A stretch of 54,607 bases of DNA, from positions 1 through 54,607 of the forward strand of contig JAZNED010000120.1 of NCBI GenBank assembly GCA_045588425.1, given 5' to 3'. The DNA is from Acutalibacteraceae bacterium (lineage in GTDB: Bacteria; Bacillota; Clostridia; Oscillospirales; Acutalibacteraceae). Below, piece after piece: positions 15,579 through 24,428 of the stretch. The stretch's first letter is position 1. The number at the start of each line of letters is the position of its first letter. A program made the translations under genes and the position numbers. The notes under the pieces are model-generated. The model saw only the letters and a program-made list of their open reading frames with translations, was not told the origin of the DNA and did not search any database.

Positions 15579-17639
15579 TTAGTCAGCCTGACGGGCGGCG
15601 ATGACCTTATCCGCCACGGGCTTGGGAGCCTCCTCATAGCGCTCAAAGGCCAGAGTGAAATAGCCACGGCCCTGCGTAGTGGAGCGCAGCATCACAGCAT
15701 AGTCGCCCAGCTCGCCCTGAGGCACCTCGGCATCAATGCAGGTCAGCTCATCCTCGGCGGGATTCATGCCCAGCACGCGACCACGACGCTTGTTGATGTC
15801 GCCCATAATGTCACCGGTATTATCGGTGGGCACGTAAACAGACAGATGCATCACAGGCTCCAACAGAATGGGATTAGCCTGAGCGATACCCTCTTTGTAG
15901 GCGATGGACGCAGCGGTCTTAAACGCCATTTCGGAGGAGTCGACAGGGTGGTAGGAACCGTCCACCAACGTGGCCTTAACGCCCACCAGCGGGTAACCGG
16001 CCAGCACGCCCTCCTTGGAGCAATCCTGCAGACCCTTCTCAACCGCGGGGAAGTAATTCTTGGGCACAGCGCCGCCGAACACCTTCTCCTCGAAGACCAG
16101 CTCGTCGCCCTCCCAGGGCTCGAACTCAATCCACACGTCACCGAACTGACCGTGACCGCCGGACTGTTTCTTGTGGCGACCCTGTACCTTCACCTTGCGG
16201 CGGATGGTCTCGCGGTAGGCAACCTCAGGCTCAGACAGGGTGACTTCGGCACCAAACTTTGCCTTCAAGCGGGATACGATGATATCCAGATGCTGCTCAC
16301 CCAAACCGGAGAGAATCAGTTCACCGGTTTCGATGTTCTTCTCCACCTTAATGGTGGGATCCTCTTCGCACAAACGAGCCAAACCGGTGGCAACCTTCTC
16401 CTCGTCGCCCTTCTTGGTGGTATTCACCGCGCGGGACAGACAAGGCAGATCGAAGGGAACACCGGGCAGGGTAACAGGACAGCTGGGGGCACACAGAGTG
16501 TCACCGGTGCCGGTGTTGACCAGCTTAGCCACAGCACCGATATCACCGGCGGCGATATAGGGAGCCTCTTCCTGCTTCTTACCGCGGACATAGAACAGCT
16601 TGCCCAAGCGCTCGGACTCGCCGGTGCGAGTATTCAGCAGAGCCATATCCGGCACGATCTTGCCGCGAATGACCTTGAAGTAAACCAACTTACCCACGAA
16701 GGGGTCAACCACGGTCTTAAAGACGGTGGCGACGGCGGGAGCGTTCTCGTCCACCTCCAGCTCAATGGGATCGCCATTGGCATCGGTGCCGATCTCACCG
16801 GCCACAGACTCCGCCCAAGGAGCCAGCCACAGCAGACCGGTCAGCAGCTGATCGATAGCCTCCAGCTCCTGCGCAGAGCCGCAGAAGACGGGAGCGATCT
16901 CACCGCGACGGACACCAGAGGCGATACCCTGAATCAGCTCGTCGGGGGTGAACTCCTCGCCGGAGAAGTATTTCTCCATCAGTTCCTCACTGGTCTCGGC
17001 AACTGCCTCGTTCATAGCGGTGCGAAGACCCTCCAGGCGGTGACCCATATCGGGGATGGGAACCTGCTTGGCCTTGCCATCCTCATAGGTATAGGCGCGG
17101 TACTCCAACAGGTTGACGTAGCACTGCACCTTATGATCCACCACGTGGGGAACCACCATGGGACAGACCATAGGACCAAACTTGCCCTTCAGATCCTCAA
17201 ACACTTTATAGAAATCCGCGCTCTCGCGGTCCAGCTTATTCACAAAGAAGATGGTGGCGATGCCCTTCTTCTGCGCGGCGGCAAATGCCTTCTCCGCACC
17301 GACGGTCAAACCACTCTTACCAGAAACGACGATGACCGAAGAACCGGCGGCACGAATACCCTCGCGCAGACCGCCCACAAAGTCGAACAGACCGGGAGTA
17401 TCCAGAATGTTCAGCTTGGTATTCTTCCACTCCACGGGAACCAGAGAGGTGGAAATCGATACCTTGCGGCGGATCTCCTCGGGGTCAAAGTCACTGACGG
17501 TGTTGCCATCCGCGATCTTGCCCAAACGGTCCGCCTGATACGCCAGGTAATACATCGCCTCAGTCAGGCTGGTCTTACCCGAGCCGGCATGACCGGTCAA
17601 GGCCACGTTACGGATGGTTTTTGCATTGTAGTTTTTCAT
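15579..17639 (-). CDS. Elongation factor G family GTPase (EF-G paralog)
   Basis: It has the G1 motif GHAGSGKT, DTPG and NKLD, followed by EF-G domains III-V. The ATG at 17639 was chosen over an upstream ATG that lacks an RBS. Confidence 0.85.
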   Translation of the reverse strand: MKNYNAKTIRNVALTGHAGSGKTSLTEAMYYLAYQADRLGKIADGNTVSDFDPEEIRRKVSISTSLVPVEWKNTKLNILDTPGLFDFVGGLREGIRAAGSSVIVVSGKSGLTVGAEKAFAAAQKKGIATIFFVNKLDRESADFYKVFEDLKGKFGPMVCPMVVPHVVDHKVQCYVNLLEYRAYTYEDGKAKQVPIPDMGHRLEGLRTAMNEAVAETSEELMEKYFSGEEFTPDELIQGIASGVRRGEIAPVFCGSAQELEAIDQLLTGLLWLAPWAESVAGEIGTDANGDPIELEVDENAPAVATVFKTVVDPFVGKLVYFKVIRGKIVPDMALLNTRTGESERLGKLFYVRGKKQEEAPYIAAGDIGAVAKLVNTGTGDTLCAPSCPVTLPGVPFDLPCLSRAVNTTKKGDEEKVATGLARLCEEDPTIKVEKNIETGELILSGLGEQHLDIIVSRLKAKFGAEVTLSEPEVAYRETIRRKVKVQGRHKKQSGGHGQFGDVWIEFEPWEGDELVFEEKVFGGAVPKNYFPAVEKGLQDCSKEGVLAGYPLVGVKATLVDGSYHPVDSSEMAFKTAASIAYKEGIAQANPILLEPVMHLSVYVPTDNTGDIMGDINKRRGRVLGMNPAEDELTCIDAEVPQGELGDYAVMLRSTTQGRGYFTLAFERYEEAPKPVADKVIAARQAD

Positions 17640-17756
17640 GGATGCACGCCCTTTCTCATAACCCTCCCCCACCCTTTGGCTAAAATTCATAGCAAAACGG
17701 CGGGAAATAGCATATTTTGCACAAAAAAATTAAATAAAACCCGTAGGTTTTATACG

Positions 17757-17785
17757 ATTATACTACATTAAAATAGGTTTGGCAA
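17757..17785 (-). promoter_or_regulatory. Promoter of the EF-G paralog
   Basis: The minus strand reads TTGCCA-17 nt-TATAAT. Confidence 0.55.
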
Positions 17786-18056
17786 CACCTTTTTGTGAAA
17801 TTTATGAAAAAATATCAGAATAGTATAAAGGAGTGAAAGAGGATACTGTGGGAGGGCACGGAGGTCCCCTCCCTTACGGGGTCTAAGCATCGCCCCCTAC
17901 GCATTCTGTGTAAATGAGTGCGGAGCAGAAAACCGATCATAGGGACGGCGGACCCGACGGTATGGGGGTTGAGATAACATACAAATCGGGGGTATCAAAA
18001 AGGGGGGCGAAAAATTGTGCAATTCGACAAACTTTGAAAAAGTCAAGAAATCTCTC

Positions 18057-18085
18057 TTGACGGTCACTTGACCGTGTGATATAAT
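18057..18085 (+). promoter_or_regulatory. Promoter with embedded perfect palindrome (operator candidate)
   Basis: The promoter is TTGACG-17 nt-TATAAT with a TG extension. ACGGTCA-ct-TGACCGT (18060-18075) spans the -35 element and spacer. Confidence 0.65.
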
Positions 18086-18114
18086 CAAATCACAGAAACA
18101 AAGGAGGTGATGGG

Positions 18115-18666
18115 ATGACCACCACTCTACCGGGGACCACCATTGAGGTCTCCGAGATACGCAAGGGAATCTCCCGGCAACTGTTCGACGGCATCTTTGC
18201 CGCAGGCGGTATTACCCTATCCCAAGTGGCGGTGATGACCGATCTGGAGCCCTATCGCATACAAAACTGGGTCAAACGCGGCTTTGTCTCCTCTCCCCAA
18301 CGGCGACAATACAGCAAAAATCAATTTGCCCGTATCGTCATCATACATATGTTGTGCGAATCCCTGCAACTGGATCGCATCTGCGAACTGCTTTCCTACA
18401 TCAACGGCAACCTGCACGACGAAAGTGACGACATCATCGACGACAGCGAGCTGTACCACCGCTACACCGATATGATCGCCGATGCCGGCGGCGTCATCAG
18501 CCGCGAGACCATCCGTCAGGCCGCTAAACAGGCCGCCGCCGACTATGCGGAGCCGATTCCCGGTGCACGGGAACGATTGGAGCAAACCCTGCAGGTCATG
18601 GCCTATGCCCACTATGCCGCCATGGCACGGCACACGGCAGAGGAAACCTTGGCACAACTGCTGTAA
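18115..18666 (+). CDS. DUF1836-like HTH protein
   Basis: ..RIQNWVKRGFVSSPQRRQYSKNQFARIVIIHMLCESLQLDRICELL.. resembles the DUF1836/MerR-like N-terminal motif. The RBS is AAAGGAGGTGA. Confidence 0.5.
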   Translation: MTTTLPGTTIEVSEIRKGISRQLFDGIFAAGGITLSQVAVMTDLEPYRIQNWVKRGFVSSPQRRQYSKNQFARIVIIHMLCESLQLDRICELLSYINGNLHDESDDIIDDSELYHRYTDMIADAGGVISRETIRQAAKQAAADYAEPIPGARERLEQTLQVMAYAHYAAMARHTAEETLAQLL

Positions 18667-18701
18667 CAACAAAGCAACATCATTTAAAGGAGGATTCGAT
18701 T

Positions 18702-19358
18702 ATGTTAGCTTGGTGGGACTCTTTGAGTCTGTTCTCGCAAATCTTTGCCTGTGTCGCCATCCCCACCACGTTGGTGCTGGCCATCCAAACGGTGATGATG
18801 CTCATCGGACTGGACGGTGACGGTGTCGGGGATACGGACGGCGACCTCTCTCTCGATCACGACATCGGTGACATCGACGTCGACACCGACGCAGCCGACG
18901 GCATCTTCGGTGAAGATATGCCTTTAGGTGACCCCGACCCTTCCGGTCTGGGTGACCTGCGTATCCTGTCAGTTCGCGGTATCATCGCCTTTTTGGTGGT
19001 GTTCGGTTGGGTCGGCTTTGTGATGGACAGAGGCGGTGCGGCCATCTGGCTGTGCCTGCTGATCGCCACGGTATGCGGCTTTGCCACTATGCTACTGATG
19101 GCTCTGCTGATGCGTGCGGTGATGGGGCTGCGCAACAACGGCAACATCAATAACCGCAACGCCATCGGCACCGCAGGACGTGTGTATCTCACCGTGCCCG
19201 CCTCCCGCAGCGGCGAGGGCAAGGTGAACGTACTGCTCCAAGGCTCCTACGTGGAGCGGGAGGCCGTCACCGACGAGGACACCCCTCTCCCCACCGGAGC
19301 GGAAGTTATCGTGGTGGGTGTCAGCGGTCAGACCACTTTAGTGGTCAAGCGAAAATAG
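18702..19358 (+). CDS. NfeD-family membrane protein (YuaF-like)
   Basis: It has TM helices and a C-terminal OB-fold NfeD motif (GTAGRVYLTVP..GEGKVNVLLQGSYVEREAV). It lies upstream of the flotillin gene. Confidence 0.75.
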   Translation: MLAWWDSLSLFSQIFACVAIPTTLVLAIQTVMMLIGLDGDGVGDTDGDLSLDHDIGDIDVDTDAADGIFGEDMPLGDPDPSGLGDLRILSVRGIIAFLVVFGWVGFVMDRGGAAIWLCLLIATVCGFATMLLMALLMRAVMGLRNNGNINNRNAIGTAGRVYLTVPASRSGEGKVNVLLQGSYVEREAVTDEDTPLPTGAEVIVVGVSGQTTLVVKRK

Positions 19359-19435
19359 GCCATTCCCGTTCCACACCAACGGAACGGTTAAGCAAATACA
19401 TAAACGTATTTTGAATGAATTAGGAGGTATTAGTT

Positions 19436-20818
19436 ATGGGTTCCGGTACTGTATTTTTAATCATCGCTGTAGTTCTGATCTTACTGTCTTTCCTCATCTG
19501 GGTATGCTCCCGCTATAAGAAGTGTCCCTCGGATAAGATCATGGTGGTCTACGGCTCCATCGGTAAAAACAAAGACGGCACCAACCGCAGCGCCAAGTGC
19601 ATCCACGGCGGTGCCGAGTTTGTCATCCCCGTTTTCCAGTCCTATTCGTTTCTGGATCTGACCCCCATCTCCATCCAGGTAGACCTGAAGAATGCTCTGT
19701 CCCGTCAGAACATTCGTATCGACGTGCCCTCCCGCTTCACGGTGGGTATCTCCACCGAGCCCGGCGTGATGCAGAACGCCGCCGAGCGTCTGCTGGGTCT
19801 GCAACTGTCTGAGATTCAGGAATTGTCCAAGGACATCATCTTCGGTCAGCTCCGTTTGATCATCGCTACCATGGACATCGAAGAAATCAACACCGACCGT
19901 GACAAGTTTCTCGCCGCGGTCAGCAGCAACGTGGAGACCGAGCTGAAAAAGATCGGTCTGCGGCTCATCAACGTGAACGTTACCGACATCAGCGACGAAT
20001 CCGGCTACATCGCCGCTCTGGGTAAAGAGGCGGCGGCTAAGGCCATCAACGACGCTAAGAAGAGCGTGGCCGAGCAGGAGCGCGACGGCTCCATCGGTGA
20101 AGCCAACGCCCACATGGATCAGCGTATCAAGGTGTCCGAAGCAGACTCCATCGCCATTCAGGGTGAAAACGAAGCCAAGATGAAGATCGCTATGTCCGAC
20201 GCCGCTCTGAAAGAGAAAGAGGCAGAGGCTCTGAAGATCGCTACCACCGCCGAAAAGATCCAGGCCGCCAAGGCGTTGGAGGAGTCCTACGCCGCCGAGC
20301 GTGCCGCTGAAGAGGCTCGCCGCTCCAAGGAGCAGGCCACGCTGGAAGCGGACATCATCGTGCAGGCCGAGGCCAAAAAGCGCGAGATGGAACTGGAGGC
20401 CGAAGCCGAGGCCGAGCAGATCCGCCGCAAGGCCAAGGGTGAGGCGGATGCCATCTATGCCAAGATGGAAGCGGAAGCCCGCGGTATGGAAGAAATGCTG
20501 AAAAAGCAGGCGGCCGGTTTTGCCGAGATCGTCAAATCTGCCGGCGGTGACCCCGAGGCCGCCCTCAAGCTGCTCATCGCCGACAAGCTGGAAGAGTTGA
20601 TGAAGGTACAGGTGGAGGCTGTCAAGAACATCAAGATCGACAAGGTCACCGTGTGGGATAACGGCCAGAGTGCGGACGGCAAAAATGCCACTGCCGGCTT
20701 TATCTCCGGTATGATGAAGTCGGTGCCCCCTCTGGAGGAGGTCTTCTCCATGGCCGGTATGCAGTTGCCCGAGATCCTGGGCAAGAAAGCGGAGGCTCCC
20801 CTACCCGCCGCCGAGTAA
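19436..20818 (+). CDS. Flotillin / SPFH-domain protein (FloT/YuaG-like)
   Basis: It has an N-terminal TM hairpin, an SPFH domain and an Ala/Glu-rich coiled-coil flotillin region. Confidence 0.85.
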   Translation: MGSGTVFLIIAVVLILLSFLIWVCSRYKKCPSDKIMVVYGSIGKNKDGTNRSAKCIHGGAEFVIPVFQSYSFLDLTPISIQVDLKNALSRQNIRIDVPSRFTVGISTEPGVMQNAAERLLGLQLSEIQELSKDIIFGQLRLIIATMDIEEINTDRDKFLAAVSSNVETELKKIGLRLINVNVTDISDESGYIAALGKEAAAKAINDAKKSVAEQERDGSIGEANAHMDQRIKVSEADSIAIQGENEAKMKIAMSDAALKEKEAEALKIATTAEKIQAAKALEESYAAERAAEEARRSKEQATLEADIIVQAEAKKREMELEAEAEAEQIRRKAKGEADAIYAKMEAEARGMEEMLKKQAAGFAEIVKSAGGDPEAALKLLIADKLEELMKVQVEAVKNIKIDKVTVWDNGQSADGKNATAGFISGMMKSVPPLEEVFSMAGMQLPEILGKKAEAPLPAAE

Positions 20819-20829
20819 GGTGATACATA

Positions 20830-21306
20830 ATGAAACCTTTTAAAAAGACGCTTCTCTATTTCATCTACAATGAATTGGCTTTCTTTGCGGGCGGTATCCT
20901 CGGCGGTTTTCTCGGATTGGCGTTACATCTCATCTTAGGAAACCGCGTCGACCGCACCCTGCTGTACGGCATCACGGGAGCACTGGCTACCTGCACCGCG
21001 CTGTTTCTCCTGATGCTGCGAGACGCCTATGAAGAACGGCAATTCCCGCTGAAGAAAGCGTGCCTCGCCATCCTTCCCGGTTTTATGCTCCGTTGGCTGG
21101 TGGTCTTTCTCAGCAAAGGCGACCAAGGCTTCCTGCTGTGCGGCAGTGCGTCGATGTTCACCGACGGCGAGACCGTAGCCGAAGTGCTCATCACCCTCAT
21201 TTGCTTTGATCTGCTCATCCATCTGCCTGCTATGTTGCTGGGCGGTTGGTGGGGATGCCGCAATCGGAGACGCGAAACCGAGGCGCTGACCAAGAAAGAG
21301 CTGTAA
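20830..21306 (+). CDS. Hypothetical integral membrane protein (4 predicted TM segments)
   Basis: The RBS is AAGGTGA and the gene lies 11 nt after the flotillin stop. Hydrophobic segments are present. I recognise no family. Confidence 0.55.
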   Translation: MKPFKKTLLYFIYNELAFFAGGILGGFLGLALHLILGNRVDRTLLYGITGALATCTALFLLMLRDAYEERQFPLKKACLAILPGFMLRWLVVFLSKGDQGFLLCGSASMFTDGETVAEVLITLICFDLLIHLPAMLLGGWWGCRNRRRETEALTKKEL

Positions 21307-21323
21307 AATATTTGAACAGATGC

Positions 21324-21354
21324 AAAAAAGGCCACCCGTGATGGGTGGCCTTTT
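21324..21354. terminator. Bidirectional terminator (copy 1 of a near-identical pair)
   Basis: The sequence is aaaaaaggccaccc-gtgat-gggtggcctttt. Confidence 0.75.
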
Positions 21355-21365
21355 CTCAAGAAAAT

Positions 21366-24239
21366 TTATGCCATATACTCAGCAGCGGTAGCAGAATTCA
21401 TCTCGCCATAGATCACGATTTGCTCACCATTAACCTCAATGACGTAATACGGGCGTGCGTAGATGATGCGATCTAACGCACTTTCAGGAATATTGATGAT
21501 ACGGATGGCAAAGGAGCAGGAATCCTCGTTCCATTCCGTAAGATACACCACCGGCACGTCGATCACCGTGGTGCCGTTGACGTTCTCCAGCACGGGATCC
21601 ACATCCGCTCGGTTGGTGACGACAGAACCCATCCCCACCAGTTTGCAGGTATATCCCATATACTCAATGGTGGCATCGGTGTAATCCACCTCATTGCCGT
21701 TCTTGACGCCCACCGACACGGACAAATCGAATTTGAAAGCCAGGCCGGTGCCGCTCTCGGTGTCCATAGCGCTGTGCTCCACCTCGTCCGCGTACTGCAC
21801 CTCAAGGGCGGCGCTCTCATAATACCACTTGGCGGCATCCAGTTTGGGACAATCATACATCAGATAAGAGATGTTTTCTCTGTCGGCCACGGTGCCGCGA
21901 TACCACACGGAGCTCAACTTGGTATTGGCGAAGGCGGCGCCGTCAAAATACTTGGTGCACGTACCCATAGCCACAGAAGCCAAATTTTCACAGTTGGTGA
22001 ACGCGCTCAGGCCTACGCTGACCACGTTGTTGAGATCCACCCAAGTCAATGCACTGCAGAACAAGAACGCACTGTTTTCAAGGGTCTCCACGCTATCGCT
22101 GAGGGTCACCATAGACAGACCGGTGGCATCGTAGAAAGCACGGGTACCGATGGTGGTCACGCCCTCCGGCACCGTATAGACGCCGACTCTGCCGGCGGGA
22201 TACCGCACCAGAGTAGTGCCCTCCTTATTGAACATCACACCGTCGATGTCCATATAGTAGGGATGATCCTCTGCCACGGTGATGCTCCGCAGGGTGGTGG
22301 GCAACGCGTTGTAATCAAAGTATTCCAGAGTAGCCGGAATGTGGATGGAGGTCAAGCCGCTTTGAGAGAAGGCCATTCCCCTAATCTCATAGAGACTCTC
22401 GGGGAACACAATGGACTGCAAGGATTCGCACTTATAGAAGGTTTCATCATTAATCGTTTCAAGGCTTGCGGGAATGTTGATGGAGGCCAGCGCCTTGCAC
22501 TCCGCAAAGGCGCTCTCACCAATGGATACCACGGTGTCCGGCAGCACCATAGAGGTGATACCGCTGGCGTAGAAGGCACGGGCTTCGATTCTCTTAACCC
22601 CATCCCCCACGACCACGTCGGTGAGGTTATCGGTCTCGGCAAAAGCACGGTAGCCGATGGTGGTGACGCCGTCACCGATGACCACGGAGGTCAGCTCCTT
22701 ACACTTCGCAAAGGCGCTGTTGCCGATGCGGGTAACGCTGTCGGGAATCGTCACCGAGGTAACGTCGGGATTGTTGATAAAGGCACGATCCCCAACGGCG
22801 ATGACGGGATAGCCGTCGATCTCATCGGGAATGACCACGTCGCCGCCCTCGCCGGCATACCGGGTGATGGTCACGTTACCGTCGTCACCGACCTCGTAAT
22901 AGAACCCATCCTCGGTCATTAGGGGGCCTTCCGGCTCTTCCGGCTCCTCTTCCCCATCTGCATACTGCCAAGTGGCATTCAACAAATAGTCGTTTCTTTC
23001 ACCGATCGCGATCTCAGCCGCCTTGGTCTCTGTGCCGTTGTATTTGACCAGTTCCAGCGAGGTGCACCCCTTAAACGCGCTCTCTCCGATGCTTTCCAGA
23101 GTAGAGGGCAGGGAGACCCACGCCAAACTCTCGCAACCGCTGAAAGCATATTCTTCGATATAGGTGACGCCCTCGGGAATGACAACGGAGGTCAATTCGG
23201 AATAGCTGAAAGCACCGTCGCCAATGCCAACCACAGGGTCGCCGTAAATTTCAGCAGGAATCACAATGTCGGTATCGCTGCCCCAATAGCCGGTAATCAC
23301 CACGCCACCATCCACATAGGTGCGATAGAAATAGTCCGGGTTGGTTTCGGAACCGCTGGGTTTTTCCGTCAACGGAGGCATGGGGCCGATCCATCCATAG
23401 TGCCAGGTAGCATCGTACAAGGGATCGTTTTCAATATCAATATTGGTAAGATCTCGCGCTTCCGGCGTACCGCTATAATACACGTCGGTCAGACTGTCAC
23501 AGAAACGGAAGGCCGCCTCCTGAATGTAGCCAACGGTGGCCGGCAGAGCGATCTGCTCCAAAGCAGAACAGCCGTTGAAGGCATACTCACCGATATAAGT
23601 GACACCCTCGGGGATGGTGATCTCCCGCAGAGACTCGCACAAGCTGAATGCATTGTTGCCGATGAAATAGAGGCTATCCGGCAGATACACATTCTGCAGA
23701 GCGGAACAACGGTCAAAGGTGCGGTCTTGCAACACCTCTACCCCATCGGGGATGGCAATCTCCTCCAAAGAATAGCAAGAATCAAACGCATGTGCTCCGA
23801 TCTCTTTCACACCGGTGCCGAAGTTGACCTCTTTCAAGCTCTCACAGGCAATGAAGGCATAATCGTCGATGATCTCGACGTTGTCGCCCATATTCACGGT
23901 CTCCAGGAAGGTGCACACGCCAAAGGCGTAATAGCCGATCTCCACCACGCTATCCGGGATGTCCACCTCGGTCAACCAATCTTTGTAGGCACAGGCAGAT
24001 TCACCGATAACCTTTAACGGATAGCCGCCCAACGTATCGGGGAGGTAGAAGGACTCGCCGTCACCCCCATAGCTCGTGAGGGTGGCACCGCCGTCCTCGA
24101 CGATGTAGTACCAAGTTCCCCACCCTTCAACGTACTCGTACACGGTGGGGTCGCTCTCCGCCACGGTGCCGAGGGGGGTGAATGCCATAATCACCAGCAA
24201 CGCCATCACCGCGCTCAATAGTTTTACGTAACGTTTCAT
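21366..24239 (-). CDS. Leucine-rich-repeat surface protein (BspA-type LRR_5 repeats) with signal peptide
   Basis: The signal peptide is MKRYVKLLSAVMALLVIMAF. There are dozens of roughly 23-aa repeats (..IPDSVTxIGxxAFxxCxxLxxV..). Confidence 0.85.
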   Translation of the reverse strand: MKRYVKLLSAVMALLVIMAFTPLGTVAESDPTVYEYVEGWGTWYYIVEDGGATLTSYGGDGESFYLPDTLGGYPLKVIGESACAYKDWLTEVDIPDSVVEIGYYAFGVCTFLETVNMGDNVEIIDDYAFIACESLKEVNFGTGVKEIGAHAFDSCYSLEEIAIPDGVEVLQDRTFDRCSALQNVYLPDSLYFIGNNAFSLCESLREITIPEGVTYIGEYAFNGCSALEQIALPATVGYIQEAAFRFCDSLTDVYYSGTPEARDLTNIDIENDPLYDATWHYGWIGPMPPLTEKPSGSETNPDYFYRTYVDGGVVITGYWGSDTDIVIPAEIYGDPVVGIGDGAFSYSELTSVVIPEGVTYIEEYAFSGCESLAWVSLPSTLESIGESAFKGCTSLELVKYNGTETKAAEIAIGERNDYLLNATWQYADGEEEPEEPEGPLMTEDGFYYEVGDDGNVTITRYAGEGGDVVIPDEIDGYPVIAVGDRAFINNPDVTSVTIPDSVTRIGNSAFAKCKELTSVVIGDGVTTIGYRAFAETDNLTDVVVGDGVKRIEARAFYASGITSMVLPDTVVSIGESAFAECKALASINIPASLETINDETFYKCESLQSIVFPESLYEIRGMAFSQSGLTSIHIPATLEYFDYNALPTTLRSITVAEDHPYYMDIDGVMFNKEGTTLVRYPAGRVGVYTVPEGVTTIGTRAFYDATGLSMVTLSDSVETLENSAFLFCSALTWVDLNNVVSVGLSAFTNCENLASVAMGTCTKYFDGAAFANTKLSSVWYRGTVADRENISYLMYDCPKLDAAKWYYESAALEVQYADEVEHSAMDTESGTGLAFKFDLSVSVGVKNGNEVDYTDATIEYMGYTCKLVGMGSVVTNRADVDPVLENVNGTTVIDVPVVYLTEWNEDSCSFAIRIINIPESALDRIIYARPYYVIEVNGEQIVIYGEMNSATAAEYMA

Positions 24240-24326
24240 AGATTTTTCCTCCTTTTCTGTTTACATTAAAGATAGTTGCCCATCCTGATTATAACAGTAA
24301 TACTATGCGATATATAAGCACCCTTA

Positions 24327-24368
24327 GGGGTGAAAATCTTCTTTTTCGGGGTGAAAAAGGGGTGAAAA
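24327..24368 (-). promoter_or_regulatory. Three direct repeats GGGGTGAAAA upstream of the LRR gene promoter
   Basis: The repeats start at 24327, 24348 and 24359 (spacing 21 and 11 bp). On the coding strand they read TTTTCACCCC, upstream of a TGTTATAAT -10 element. Confidence 0.5.
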
Positions 24369-24382
24369 TCGGACAAAACAGA

Positions 24383-24413
24383 AAAAGGCCACCCGGGATG
24401 GGTGGCCTTTTTT
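24383..24413. terminator. Bidirectional terminator (copy 2 of the near-identical pair)
   Basis: The sequence is aaaaggccaccc-gggat-gggtggcctttttt. Confidence 0.75.
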
Positions 24414-24428
24414 GTCGTTCTATTCAGA

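Noticed and set aside
17843-17881. A tiny GTG-initiated ORF (VGGHGGPLPYGV) after the sequence AAAGGAGTGA.
   Set aside because: It is 12 codons long and overlaps a GC hairpin. No promoter context or conservation can be assessed, so it is treated as chance.
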